A DNA stretch of 64,000 bases, taken from positions 7,585 to 71,584 of the forward strand of contig JAQXWS010000027.1 of assembly GCA_029225565.1 (NCBI GenBank), written 5' to 3'. Below the pieces are notes generated by a model that was not told the origin of the DNA, did not search any database, and saw only the letters and a program-made list of their open reading frames with translations. This DNA is from Eubacteriales bacterium (lineage in GTDB: Bacteria; Bacillota; Clostridia; Oscillospirales; Acutalibacteraceae). The position numbers and the translations under genes are program-made. This document shows, piece after piece, positions 17,590 to 26,523 of this stretch. Positions within the stretch are counted from its first letter, which is position 1. Each line of letters opens with the position of its first letter.

Positions 17590-18489
17590 ATGCTAAATCC
17601 AAACAAAGTAAAGCTTGCTATCGCACCTATCGGCTGGACAAATGACGATATGCCCGACCTGGGTGCAGAAAATACATTTCAGCAGTGCATCAGCGAGATG
17701 GCACTGGCGGGCTTCAAAGGCTCGGAAATCGGCAACAAATATCCTGCCGACCCCGACGAGCTGAAGCCATATCTTGACATCAGGGGGCTACAGATATGCA
17801 ATGCGTGGTTTTCTTCTTATCTTACTTCAAAGCCTTATGAGGAGACCATTGAGGCATTCAAGGCTCATTGCGACAAGCTGTACAAGCTGGGCGCCAAGGT
17901 TATCGGCGCCTCCGAGCAGGGCAATTCCATTCAGGGTGATTTGACCAAGTCGATTCTGGACGAAAAGCCGTACTACACCGACCGGCAGTGGGAGATTGTT
18001 GCAAAGGGATTTAACGAGATGGGCGCATACGCAAGGAGCAAGGGTATGTTCTTTACCGTTCATCACCACATGGGTACCGGCGTGCAGACCGTTGAGGAGA
18101 TTGACAAGCTGATGGAGCTTACAGACCCTGAGCTGGTGTATCTTTTGTTTGACAGCGGTCACCTAACTTTTGCGGGTATTGACCCTGTGCCTGTACTCAA
18201 AAAATATATCAACAGAGTCAAGCATGTTCACCTCAAGGATGTCAGACTGGATGTGTACAACAACCTGGTAGTGCCCAACCATATGTCATTTTTGGATGCG
18301 GTGCGCGCAGGCGTGTTTACCGTACCCGGAGACGGAGATGTTGACTTTGCGCCAATCTTCGATATTCTTGCAGAGAATGATTACGAGGGTTGGGTGGTTG
18401 TTGAGGCAGAGCAGGACCCTGCCAAAGCCAACCCCTTTGAGTATGCAGTCAAGGCTCGCAAGTATATTGCAGAGAAGGCAGGACTGTAA
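17590..18489 (+). CDS. iolE: myo-inosose-2 dehydratase
   Basis: [50 protein letters not shown]. Confidence 0.95.
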   Translation: MLNPNKVKLAIAPIGWTNDDMPDLGAENTFQQCISEMALAGFKGSEIGNKYPADPDELKPYLDIRGLQICNAWFSSYLTSKPYEETIEAFKAHCDKLYKLGAKVIGASEQGNSIQGDLTKSILDEKPYYTDRQWEIVAKGFNEMGAYARSKGMFFTVHHHMGTGVQTVEEIDKLMELTDPELVYLLFDSGHLTFAGIDPVPVLKKYINRVKHVHLKDVRLDVYNNLVVPNHMSFLDAVRAGVFTVPGDGDVDFAPIFDILAENDYEGWVVVEAEQDPAKANPFEYAVKARKYIAEKAGL

Positions 18490-18498
18490 GTGTTACAT

Positions 18499-18527
18499 AG
18501 GGCGTCGAATATTCGGCGCCCTTTTTT
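18499..18527 (+). terminator. Intrinsic terminator of the iol operon
   Basis: AGGGCGTCGAA/TTCGGCGCCCT stem plus T tract. Confidence 0.75.
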
Positions 18528-18572
18528 AATTTTTTGCTTGACTTTTTTGGTGGAGTGTGGTAATATACTCCC

Positions 18573-18682
18573 ACAACGAAGAAGAACACTCGTTCTCCCC
18601 TTCAGCGTTTAGCAAAAAGGGCAATATTTCTTTTGATTTATTGTAGTACGAGCGTTTTGCGTTTCGTGCTTTTATTATTTTA
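18573..18682 (+). ncRNA. L20 leader (ribosomal protein autoregulatory attenuator)
   Basis: Follows a TTGACT-17-TAATAT promoter (18538-18566). GAAGAACACTCGTTCTC can pair with downstream ACGAGCG, which also forms a terminator-like hairpin with a T tract ahead of infC-rpmI-rplT. Confidence 0.6.
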
Positions 18683-18700
18683 CTTAAAGAGGTGTTTTTT

Positions 18701-19219
18701 ATCGGCAAGGATGCTCCACAGCTTAACGGCGAAATTAGGGATAAGGAATTAAGAGTAATTTCTGACACCGGCGAGCAATTAGGTATTATGAGCGCAAAGG
18801 AGGCACAGGCTCTCGCAGATGCAAAGGGCGTTGACCTGGTCAAGATTGCACCACAGGCAAAGCCACCGGTATGCAAGATTATGGATTATTCCAAGTATCG
18901 TTATGAGCAGACTAAGCGTGAAAAGGAAAATCGCAAGAAGCAAAAGACAATCGAAACAAAGGAGATTAGGCTTTCGCTGAATATCGACATCGGTGACTTC
19001 AACACCAAGGTTAATCAGGCAAAGAAATTTCTTGCCAAGGGCGACAAGCTTAAGGTTTCTATTCGTCTTCGCGGTCGCGAGATGGCTCATCCGGAGTTGG
19101 GCGAAACCAATATGCAGCGGTTTGCAGACGAGCTTGCAGAAATTGCCAATATAGATAAAAAGCCAAAGCTTGAGGGCAGACAGATACTTATGTTTATGTC
19201 CCCCAAGGTAGGTAAATAA
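18701..19219 (+). CDS. infC: Translation initiation factor IF-3 (probable ATC start)
   Basis: NGEIRDKELRVI, DLVKIAP.AKPPVCKIMDY, KEIRLS.NID.GDF.TK. GAGGTG SD sits 6 nt before ATC 18701. Confidence 0.95.
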   Translation: MGKDAPQLNGEIRDKELRVISDTGEQLGIMSAKEAQALADAKGVDLVKIAPQAKPPVCKIMDYSKYRYEQTKREKENRKKQKTIETKEIRLSLNIDIGDFNTKVNQAKKFLAKGDKLKVSIRLRGREMAHPELGETNMQRFADELAEIANIDKKPKLEGRQILMFMSPKVGK

Positions 19220-19246
19220 GTTTATTATTATATGGAGGAATAAATT

Positions 19247-19444
19247 ATGCCAAAAATTAAGACACACAGCGGCGCGAAAAAGCGTTTCAAGACAACTAAG
19301 AGTGGCAAGGTAAAGAGAGCACATGCTTATACCTCTCACATTCTCACAAAGAAGACAACAAAGCGCAAGAGAAATCTTCGCAAGACTGCAGTTGCTGATG
19401 TTACAAACCAGAAGCAGTGCAAGAGACTTGTTCCTTACAAATAA
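19247..19444 (+). CDS. rpmI: 50S ribosomal protein L35
   Basis: [15 protein letters not shown]...HILTKK. Confidence 0.97.
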   Translation: MPKIKTHSGAKKRFKTTKSGKVKRAHAYTSHILTKKTTKRKRNLRKTAVADVTNQKQCKRLVPYK

Positions 19445-19478
19445 GACGAACGACTAATACTTACGGAGGTAAATTACA

Positions 19479-19832
19479 ATGGCAAGAATTAAAGGCGCTA
19501 TGGCGACTCGCAAAAGAAGAAAAAAGGTATTAAAGGCAGCTAAGGGTTACTACGGCTCAAAGCACGCTCTCTTCAAGACAGCTAAGCAGGCTGTTATGAA
19601 GAGTGGCCAGTACGCATATATCGGCAGAAAGCAGAAGAAGAGAGATTTCAGAAGACTTTGGATTACTCGTATTTCTGCTGCTTGCAAGATGAATGGTGTA
19701 AACTATTCAACATTTATGAACGGCCTCAAGAAGGCAGGCATCGACCTTAACAGAAAGATGCTGTCAGAGATTGCTATTTCTGACCCGGCTGCATTTGCAA
19801 CACTTGTTGAGACTGCAAAGGCTGCTCTGTAA
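19479..19832 (+). CDS. rplT: 50S ribosomal protein L20
   Basis: [35 protein letters not shown]. Confidence 0.98.
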   Translation: MARIKGAMATRKRRKKVLKAAKGYYGSKHALFKTAKQAVMKSGQYAYIGRKQKKRDFRRLWITRISAACKMNGVNYSTFMNGLKKAGIDLNRKMLSEIAISDPAAFATLVETAKAAL

Positions 19833-19840
19833 TCAAATGA

Positions 19841-19871
19841 AAAAGAGCTTGGATTTCCGAGCTCTTTTTTT
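19841..19871 (+). terminator. Intrinsic terminator
   Basis: AAAAGAGCTTGG/CCGAGCTCTTTT stem plus T tract. Confidence 0.75.
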
Positions 19872-19907
19872 GTTGCATAAATACGGTATTTATAATATAA
19901 TAATCCC

Positions 19908-20651
19908 ATGGAATATAATTACGAAAGATTGTCTGACGACATAAGAATTGCTGTTTCTGCTGACCATACCTTCGGTACGGATGCTGTGCTATTGTCCTAT
20001 TTTGCAAAGCCGAAATATAAGGATAAGGCGCTGGATATGGGTACCGGCTGCGGCATTATACCGATGCTGTGGCTCAGGGACGAAAAAATCAAGGGCGTTC
20101 ATTGTCTGGATATACAGGAGAACGCTATTCAGCAGGTAAAAAAATCAATAGAGATTAATAATTTTGGGGACAGATTGACACCGCATCTTTGTGACCTGCG
20201 TTCAATCCAACAGGAGTTCAAGGCAGAGAGCTTTACTCTGGTTACTATGAACCCCCCCTACAAGCCCGTTAACACAGGCATCGAGTCCCTGGGGGAGAGC
20301 GCTCGTATTGCCCGCCATGAGGTGTGCTGTAATATAGAGGACGCCGTCAAGGCCGCCGCATATCTTGTTACATACGCCGGCAGCTTTTGTATGTGCCACA
20401 GACCGGAGCGACTGGTTGACGCGCTGGATATTATGCGTCGTTACAAGTTGGAGCCTAAGCGCCTTAGATTTGTTGTTGACAAGGCGGGAGAGGAACCCTT
20501 CCTATTTTTGGTTGAGGGAAAAAAGGGCGCAAAACCATTTCTTCGGGTTGAGCCAACATTAGTTATTAAAGGCGAGGACAGTCGCTTCACCCCGGAAATG
20601 ATAAGAATATACGGCAGCTATGCCGACGGATATGAGGACAAGATAAGATGA
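19908..20651 (+). CDS. tRNA1(Val) A37 N6-methyltransferase-like (YabB/TrmN6 family)
   Basis: FGTDAVLL, LDMGTGCGII, MNPPY, ARHE, CHRPERL.D motifs. Confidence 0.88.
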   Translation: MEYNYERLSDDIRIAVSADHTFGTDAVLLSYFAKPKYKDKALDMGTGCGIIPMLWLRDEKIKGVHCLDIQENAIQQVKKSIEINNFGDRLTPHLCDLRSIQQEFKAESFTLVTMNPPYKPVNTGIESLGESARIARHEVCCNIEDAVKAAAYLVTYAGSFCMCHRPERLVDALDIMRRYKLEPKRLRFVVDKAGEEPFLFLVEGKKGAKPFLRVEPTLVIKGEDSRFTPEMIRIYGSYADGYEDKIR

Positions 20652-21466
20652 GTGGTAGGTTGTATGTGGTAGGAACTCCTATAGGTAACTTGGGCGATTT
20701 TTCTCCCAGGGCAGTAGAGACGCTGGAAAAGGTGGATTTTATTGCAGCCGAGGATACTCGCGTTACGCTGAAGCTCCTTAATCATTTTGGTATAAAAAAA
20801 GAGATGGTCTCCTACTTTGAACACAACAAGCGTGAGCGCGGCGAGACGATTACCGCCCGGATTCTGGCAGGCGAGGATTGCGCAATATGCACGGATGCAG
20901 GTATGCCTGCAATATCCGACCCCGGCGAAGATTTGGTCAGATTGTGCCATCAGCTGGGCATTGAGGTTGAGTCCGTTCCCGGACCCACTGCCTTTGCCAC
21001 GGCGCTGGCGCTGTCCGGTATGGAGGTGGGCAGATTCACCTTTGAGGGCTTTCTCTCTGTTAGCAAAAAATCCCGTCGTCAGCATTTGGAAGAAATTGTT
21101 GATGAATGCAGAACGATGGTATTTTACGAGGCTCCGCACAAGTTGGTGAACACCCTCAAGGATTTGTACCAATACCTTGGCGACAGAGATATTGCCATAG
21201 TGCGAGAGATAACAAAGCTCCACGAGCAGGTTATCAATACCACTCTTGCTCAGGCTGTGAATATGTACAATGACGACAAGCCAAAGGGCGAGTTTGTTCT
21301 TGTGGTTCAGGGCAAAAAGGCGGAGAACGATGCAATCACCCTTGATGACGCCGTTGATATGGCAAGGGAGCTGGTTGCCAACGGCGAGAGTGTAAATAAT
21401 GCCGCAAAAGCTGCTGCAGCCAAAACCGGCCATAAAAAAAGCGATATATACAGGGCGCTGATATGA
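20648..21466 (+). CDS. rsmI: 16S rRNA (cytidine1402-2'-O)-methyltransferase
   Basis: LYVVGTPIGNLGD, AAEDTRVT, DAGMPAISDPG, FYEAPHKL, VREITKLHE. Confidence 0.96.
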   Translation: MSGRLYVVGTPIGNLGDFSPRAVETLEKVDFIAAEDTRVTLKLLNHFGIKKEMVSYFEHNKRERGETITARILAGEDCAICTDAGMPAISDPGEDLVRLCHQLGIEVESVPGPTAFATALALSGMEVGRFTFEGFLSVSKKSRRQHLEEIVDECRTMVFYEAPHKLVNTLKDLYQYLGDRDIAIVREITKLHEQVINTTLAQAVNMYNDDKPKGEFVLVVQGKKAENDAITLDDAVDMARELVANGESVNNAAKAAAAKTGHKKSDIYRALI

Positions 21467-22332
21467 TTTGTAACCAATGTCCAAGAAAATGTAATATTGA
21501 CCGTGATACAAGCAGGGGCGTTTGTCATAGTCCCCAGGAATTTCGGCTGGCGCGTGCGGCTCTCCACCGTTGGGAGGAGCCTTGTATCAGCGGCAGCAAC
21601 GGCTCAGGCACCGTGTTTTTTTCGGGCTGTAATTTGGGTTGCGTATATTGCCAAAACTATAGGATAAGTCATCAGGATTTCGGCGTGGCTGTTACAGATG
21701 ACAGGCTGATAGAAATATTTGAAAGCCTTGTAAGTCAAGGCGCTCACAATATCAATTTAGTCAATCCGACCCATTATGCTACCCGTCTGACGAGGGTGCT
21801 TGAGAAGTGGCAATCACCGGTGCCGATTGTGTACAATACATCCGGCTACGAGAGTGTAGATACCCTGAAATTATTGGACGGATTGGTGGATATTTATCTT
21901 ACCGATTACAAATACAGCAGGGAAGACAAGGCCCTTAGGTACAGCCGAGCAGGCGATTATCCCGCTGTTGTCAGAGGAGCTATGGCTGAGATGCGTCGCC
22001 AGATTCCACAGGATGTCATCTATAGCGGCATAATGAAAAAAGGCGTTATAGTCCGACATTTGATATTGCCCGGCAATACGAATACCGCCCTGGAGGTAAT
22101 TGACTATATGGCAGACAATATGCCCGATACATATTTGTCGCTAATGGCTCAGTATGTGCCTTGCGGTGACCTAAAAGAATATCCCGAAATAGACAGACCC
22201 ATATCCTTGCGTGAGTACAACAAGGTGGTTGAATACGCTCTGTCAAAGGATATGTCCAAAGTGTTTTTGCAGGAATTGGAGGCTGCCGACAAAAAATATA
22301 TTCCTCCGTTTGATTATACCGGAGTAATGTGA
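21463..22332 (+). CDS. Radical SAM protein (PflX-like)
   Basis: CNQCPRKC, WEEPCISG..GSGTVFFSGCNLGCVYCQN, GAHNINLVNPTHY, IVRHLILPG. Confidence 0.88.
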   Translation: MICNQCPRKCNIDRDTSRGVCHSPQEFRLARAALHRWEEPCISGSNGSGTVFFSGCNLGCVYCQNYRISHQDFGVAVTDDRLIEIFESLVSQGAHNINLVNPTHYATRLTRVLEKWQSPVPIVYNTSGYESVDTLKLLDGLVDIYLTDYKYSREDKALRYSRAGDYPAVVRGAMAEMRRQIPQDVIYSGIMKKGVIVRHLILPGNTNTALEVIDYMADNMPDTYLSLMAQYVPCGDLKEYPEIDRPISLREYNKVVEYALSKDMSKVFLQELEAADKKYIPPFDYTGVM

Positions 22333-22364
22333 TATAATGAAATAAAAAACAAAGGAGAATAATT

Positions 22365-22781
22365 ATGAAAAAGTTATTTTCGGAGTTCAAGGCATTTATC
22401 TCAAAGGGAAATGTTCTCGACCTGGCAGTAGGTGTTATTATCGGCAGTGCATTCGGCTCAATTGTAACTGCGCTGACGGATAACATTATTCAGCCGCTTA
22501 TCAACCTTATCGGCAGCGCAGAGATTCAAGGCAAGATTGCATTGCCAAAGGGTCAGTTCATTGACTATGGCGCATTTATTTCTGCCATTATCAATTTCCT
22601 GATTATGGCACTGGTCATTTTCTTTATTGTAAAGGCTGTGAACAAGGCTATGTCAGTTGGCAAAAAGCCGGAAGAGGCCCCTGCACCCACAACTAAGGTG
22701 TGTCCTTTCTGCAAGAGCGAAATCCATATTGACGCAGTTAAGTGCCCTCATTGCACTTCCGATATTTCTGCAGAGGAGTAA
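22365..22781 (+). CDS. mscL: Large-conductance mechanosensitive channel with C-terminal CxxC..CxxC tail
   Basis: EFKAFISKGNVLDLAVGVIIG.AF, YGAFISAIINF; own TTGATT-17-TATAAT promoter inside the upstream gene end. Confidence 0.95.
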   Translation: MKKLFSEFKAFISKGNVLDLAVGVIIGSAFGSIVTALTDNIIQPLINLIGSAEIQGKIALPKGQFIDYGAFISAIINFLIMALVIFFIVKAVNKAMSVGKKPEEAPAPTTKVCPFCKSEIHIDAVKCPHCTSDISAEE

Positions 22782-22787
22782 TAAGCT

Positions 22788-23714
22788 ATGAAGATTAAAG
22801 AATATAGTTTTCCAAGCGCCTCCGGTATCTGTGATATTAAGGCGTGGCAATGGCTGCCCGATAACGGCGAAGTAAAGGCTGTTATCCAGATGCACCACGG
22901 TATGGCGGAGCATTGCGGAAGGTATAAGAATTTTGTCAAGGCATTTACCGACATGGGGTATGCTGTTTTTATGAACGATATGTTGGGCCACGGCCAATCC
23001 AATGTTGACCGTGATTTGCTGGGCTATTTTGGCGACAAGGACGGCTATCTCAACATCATAAAGGATGCTAAGACTCTTACCGATATTGCCAAGGACGAGT
23101 ATCCGGACAAGAAGTTTATTATTGCAGGTCATTCCATGGGCTCTTTGGTTATGCGTAACTATATCAACGAGTACGGATGTCCCTTTGACGGAGATATGAT
23201 TATCGGCACTGCCGGACCTACTCCCCTTGCCAAGGCGGGTATGCCTATTATTGATTTTGTCGGCAAGATTAAGGGCAAAAAGTATCATTCTCAGTTCATA
23301 AACAATTTGTCTCTCGGCTCATACGACAAGCCGTTTGAGCACAGAACACATTATGACTGGGGCATGCGCGACACCCACCAGGTTGACGAGTATGTTGCCG
23401 ACCCGTTGTGCGGATTTTTGTTTACAGTAGCCGGCTACAAGGATTTGGCTACTTTGACGGTAAAGTGCAACGAGGACCGGTGGTACGGTAATGTTGCAAA
23501 GGATGTTCCGGTGATTCTCGCATCCGGCTCCATGGACCCGGTGGGCAATTATTCAAAGGGCGTTCGCCAGGTGTATAACAAGCTGATTGCTACCGGTCAT
23601 ACCAATGTATCCATCAAGATTTATCCCGACGCAAGGCACGAAATCCTCAACGAGCTGAATAAGGAAGAGGTTTATGCCGACCTTAACAAGTGGATCGAAG
23701 ATAAAGTATTATAA
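22788..23714 (+). CDS. Alpha/beta hydrolase (lysophospholipase-like)
   Basis: HHGMAEH..RY, DMLGHG, GHSMG nucleophile elbow, GSMDPVG, ARHEILNE. Confidence 0.9.
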   Translation: MKIKEYSFPSASGICDIKAWQWLPDNGEVKAVIQMHHGMAEHCGRYKNFVKAFTDMGYAVFMNDMLGHGQSNVDRDLLGYFGDKDGYLNIIKDAKTLTDIAKDEYPDKKFIIAGHSMGSLVMRNYINEYGCPFDGDMIIGTAGPTPLAKAGMPIIDFVGKIKGKKYHSQFINNLSLGSYDKPFEHRTHYDWGMRDTHQVDEYVADPLCGFLFTVAGYKDLATLTVKCNEDRWYGNVAKDVPVILASGSMDPVGNYSKGVRQVYNKLIATGHTNVSIKIYPDARHEILNELNKEEVYADLNKWIEDKVL

Positions 23715-23757
23715 AAAAAGTTCAAGGTTTGCTTTTAGCTAAACCTTGAACTTTTTT
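23714..23757. terminator. Bidirectional terminator
   Basis: AAAAAAGTTCAAGGTTT/AAACCTTGAACTTTTTT stem. Confidence 0.75.
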
Positions 23758-23798
23758 GTTGTTATTTTAGTTTGTACACCTACGCAAAGTAGATAACA

Positions 23799-23831
23799 CT
23801 AACTCCCATAGCCGAAGACTATGGGAGTTAG
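23799..23831. repeat. Long perfect inverted repeat (IS200/IS605-end-like or REP-like)
   Basis: CTAACTCCCATAG-ccgaaga-CTATGGGAGTTAG, 13-bp arms. Confidence 0.7.
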
Positions 23832-23843
23832 TTGTAATATATG

Positions 23844-24293
23844 TTATTTTGACTTTAGTTGGGTGTACTCGCCGGTGAGCAAATCCTTGGATAGTATTGT
23901 ATCGCCGTCGTAGCTGATGTAGTATTCTCCTTTAGTGTCAAATGTGTATGTGGTCTCGCCGTCATTTTGGTGTGGAGTTTTGATTGCGGCAATAACCTTT
24001 ACATAGTATGTATCCTCGATTTTTTCACCGTTTGAGGCAATCAGGAAGGAACATTCCTTGCGCTCTGCGTCATTGATGCCCAACTCCTTGCTGCTGTAGC
24101 TTTCTATAAGGCTGATTGCGTCCTGCTCCTTAACCTTAGCCGAGTCGGTGGTTATTTCCTTTGTGGTTACCAGGGACACCTTTGTGCCGTTTTGTACCGT
24201 GTCTGTGCGGTCAATCCGATTTGACATAACTACTGCAGTTATTGCCGATGCGGCAACAATCAGCGCCATGATGATACCTAATGCTTTTTTCAT
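23844..24293 (-). CDS. Hypothetical secreted or membrane-anchored protein
   Basis: N-terminal signal/anchor MKKALGIIMALIVAASAITAVV; GAAAGG SD. Confidence 0.7.
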   Translation of the reverse strand: MKKALGIIMALIVAASAITAVVMSNRIDRTDTVQNGTKVSLVTTKEITTDSAKVKEQDAISLIESYSSKELGINDAERKECSFLIASNGEKIEDTYYVKVIAAIKTPHQNDGETTYTFDTKGEYYISYDGDTILSKDLLTGEYTQLKSK

Positions 24294-24411
24294 TATTACA
24301 TTCAGCCTTTCTGACTACATATATTGTTGCAATAATTCCTAACCCCTTACTGTAGCCTGATAAGGCGTATTACCGGATTGTAATTGCGACAGTATGATAA
24401 TATTAGTTTTG

Positions 24412-24858
24412 CTATGCGTACAGGTCAATGAGCCTTTGTATTTGGCTTTCGCCAAAAATCATAATATCGTTATCCCTCAGCAACCGGGCTGTTACTCCGT
24501 TTCCGTCCGTCAGTCCGCCGCTGAATGTTCCGTCATATATTGTGCCGTAGCCACAGGAGGGTGACCTCTCTTTCAGTACGGCAGCAGGGGCGTTGCACTC
24601 CTTTGCAATATAGAGCGTATGCTCTGCACCCCGAACAAAATATTCTGTAAGGTCCTCTCCGTCCTTGGACATCACTCTGTCACCGACAATTTCGCTGGGC
24701 ACACGGGGGATATGCAATCCTCCAAAGTACTCGGGACATACCGGCACCAGCTCAAAATATTCCTTTAGCGCTGCAACATTTTCATTTAGGTTGTTGCCAC
24801 CGTTGTACTTGCAATTTTCGCCCAACAAGCAGGCACTAACTATAATCTTTGTTTTCAT
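24412..24858 (-). CDS. DUF523 / 2-thiouracil desulfurase family protein
   Basis: IIVSACLLGENCKYNG, VPVCPE..GGL..PR, LKERSPSCG, GNGVTA. Confidence 0.88.
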   Translation of the reverse strand: MKTKIIVSACLLGENCKYNGGNNLNENVAALKEYFELVPVCPEYFGGLHIPRVPSEIVGDRVMSKDGEDLTEYFVRGAEHTLYIAKECNAPAAVLKERSPSCGYGTIYDGTFSGGLTDGNGVTARLLRDNDIMIFGESQIQRLIDLYA

Positions 24859-24983
24859 AATACGCACATTATATCATATTTTGTTGACACACGCAATTAA
24901 AATATGTTATTCTGGTAACATAGAGGATACTGCATCCTATTTTTATACAGCGAGGTGCAGTAGGAAAGGCCGGTGAATATGTT

Positions 24984-26459
24984 ATGGACAACAAAACCTA
25001 TGTTCCTAAAAAAGAATGGGTGGCTTACTGCGTAGGCGCTTTGGGTCAGGGTATGGTATATGGAATTATGAGCTCCTATATCTCTGACTTTTATTTGAAT
25101 GTACTCAAGGTTACGCCTCTGTTTGTACTGCTATTGATGCTGTTTGCAAGGATTTGGGACGCAATCAACGACCCTATTATGGGTTTTGTGGTGGACCACC
25201 TTAATCCAAAAAACGGCAAGATGAAGCCGTATTTGCTATATACGCCCATACCTGTTGCAATACTGACAATGCTGTTGTTTACGGCGCCGAATTTGGCTGA
25301 CAGCCAAAAGATGATATATGCGGCAATAACCTATGTTGCCTGGGGCATGATCTACACTTCCTCCGATGTGCCGTTTTGGAGTCTGCCTAATGCCTTGACT
25401 CCCAATGCGGATGAGCGTGGCTCCATTATTTCCAAAGCAAGGACCTTTAACGGCGTAGGCTCTGCTGTGCCTATGGCAATGTTTATGATACTTGGCTTTG
25501 TACTGCCCAAGTTTAATCTGTCGGGTACCCAATTGGAGCAGACAAAGTATTCCTTGATGGCACTGGTATGCTCTATTATCGGCAATGTTTTGTTTATTCG
25601 TGTTTACTTTAAGTCAAAGGAGAGAGTGAACATTCCCGTTCCCGCAAAAAAGGAAAAGGGTCAGCCCTCTTCGCTAAAGCTTATATTAACCTGCAAACCG
25701 CTGATGCTTACTGCGATTATGGGTGTGCTGTCAGCTGCCAGGTATATGTTCCAGGCAGGAGCTGTGCATGTTGCCAGATATTCCTTCTATATCGGCAAGG
25801 ACCCTACCGGTCTTACCGGCGCAGAGCTGGAGCAGGCATTACAAGGCAATATTTCCAAGGTATCCATGGTTATGAGCGTTGCCTCTGCAGTGGGTATGTT
25901 CGGCGCAATGATTGCTGTTACGCCTTTAATTAAGAAATTCAGCTACAAGCAGATTATTATTGTATCATCACTAATGGGCGCAGCGTCGTCGCTGGCAATT
26001 TGGTTTATCGGCTATGAGCATTTTTGGGCATGCGTGCCGTTGCTGGTTATTTCTACAATCCCTTGCGGTACAATCAATGTTTGTGCTTACGCCATGGTGG
26101 GCGACTGCCTGGATTATATGGAGCTTAAAACCGGCGTACGACTTACCGGTATGGGCTCGGCAATACAGAGCTTTGTTACCAAGTTCGGCAATGCCATTGC
26201 TACCTCGGCTATTATTCTTATGTACATAGTGGTGGATTTGGATGTAAGCAAGATTTCGGCATCCTACACGGCAAACCCGTTGGATGTTGACCCGGCTGTA
26301 AGGACCGGAATATTCAGCATAGTGTCGCTGATTCCTGCTATATCATTGTTGGTATGTATTATCCCTATGTTCTTCTACAAGATTACAGGCGAGTACCGTG
26401 ACCGTATGGAAGCCCAGCTTGCCCAACAGCGCAAGGACAGAGGAATAGAAATAGAATAA
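24984..26459 (+). CDS. GPH-family (glycoside-pentoside-hexuronide) MFS sugar:cation symporter
   Basis: ARIWDAINDPIMG..VD, GKMKPY, DVPFWSL...LT....ER, DCLDY.E.KTG.R..G. Confidence 0.9.
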   Translation: MDNKTYVPKKEWVAYCVGALGQGMVYGIMSSYISDFYLNVLKVTPLFVLLLMLFARIWDAINDPIMGFVVDHLNPKNGKMKPYLLYTPIPVAILTMLLFTAPNLADSQKMIYAAITYVAWGMIYTSSDVPFWSLPNALTPNADERGSIISKARTFNGVGSAVPMAMFMILGFVLPKFNLSGTQLEQTKYSLMALVCSIIGNVLFIRVYFKSKERVNIPVPAKKEKGQPSSLKLILTCKPLMLTAIMGVLSAARYMFQAGAVHVARYSFYIGKDPTGLTGAELEQALQGNISKVSMVMSVASAVGMFGAMIAVTPLIKKFSYKQIIIVSSLMGAASSLAIWFIGYEHFWACVPLLVISTIPCGTINVCAYAMVGDCLDYMELKTGVRLTGMGSAIQSFVTKFGNAIATSAIILMYIVVDLDVSKISASYTANPLDVDPAVRTGIFSIVSLIPAISLLVCIIPMFFYKITGEYRDRMEAQLAQQRKDRGIEIE

Positions 26460-26477
26460 GAAAAAATGACAGTAAAA

Positions 26478-26503
26478 AGGACAGACGAATTATCGTCTGT
26501 CCT
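26478..26503. terminator. Bidirectional hairpin between convergent transporters
   Basis: AGGACAGACGA/TCGTCTGTCCT, 11-bp stem. Confidence 0.65.
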
Positions 26504-26523
26504 AATATATTTTGGTATTATTA

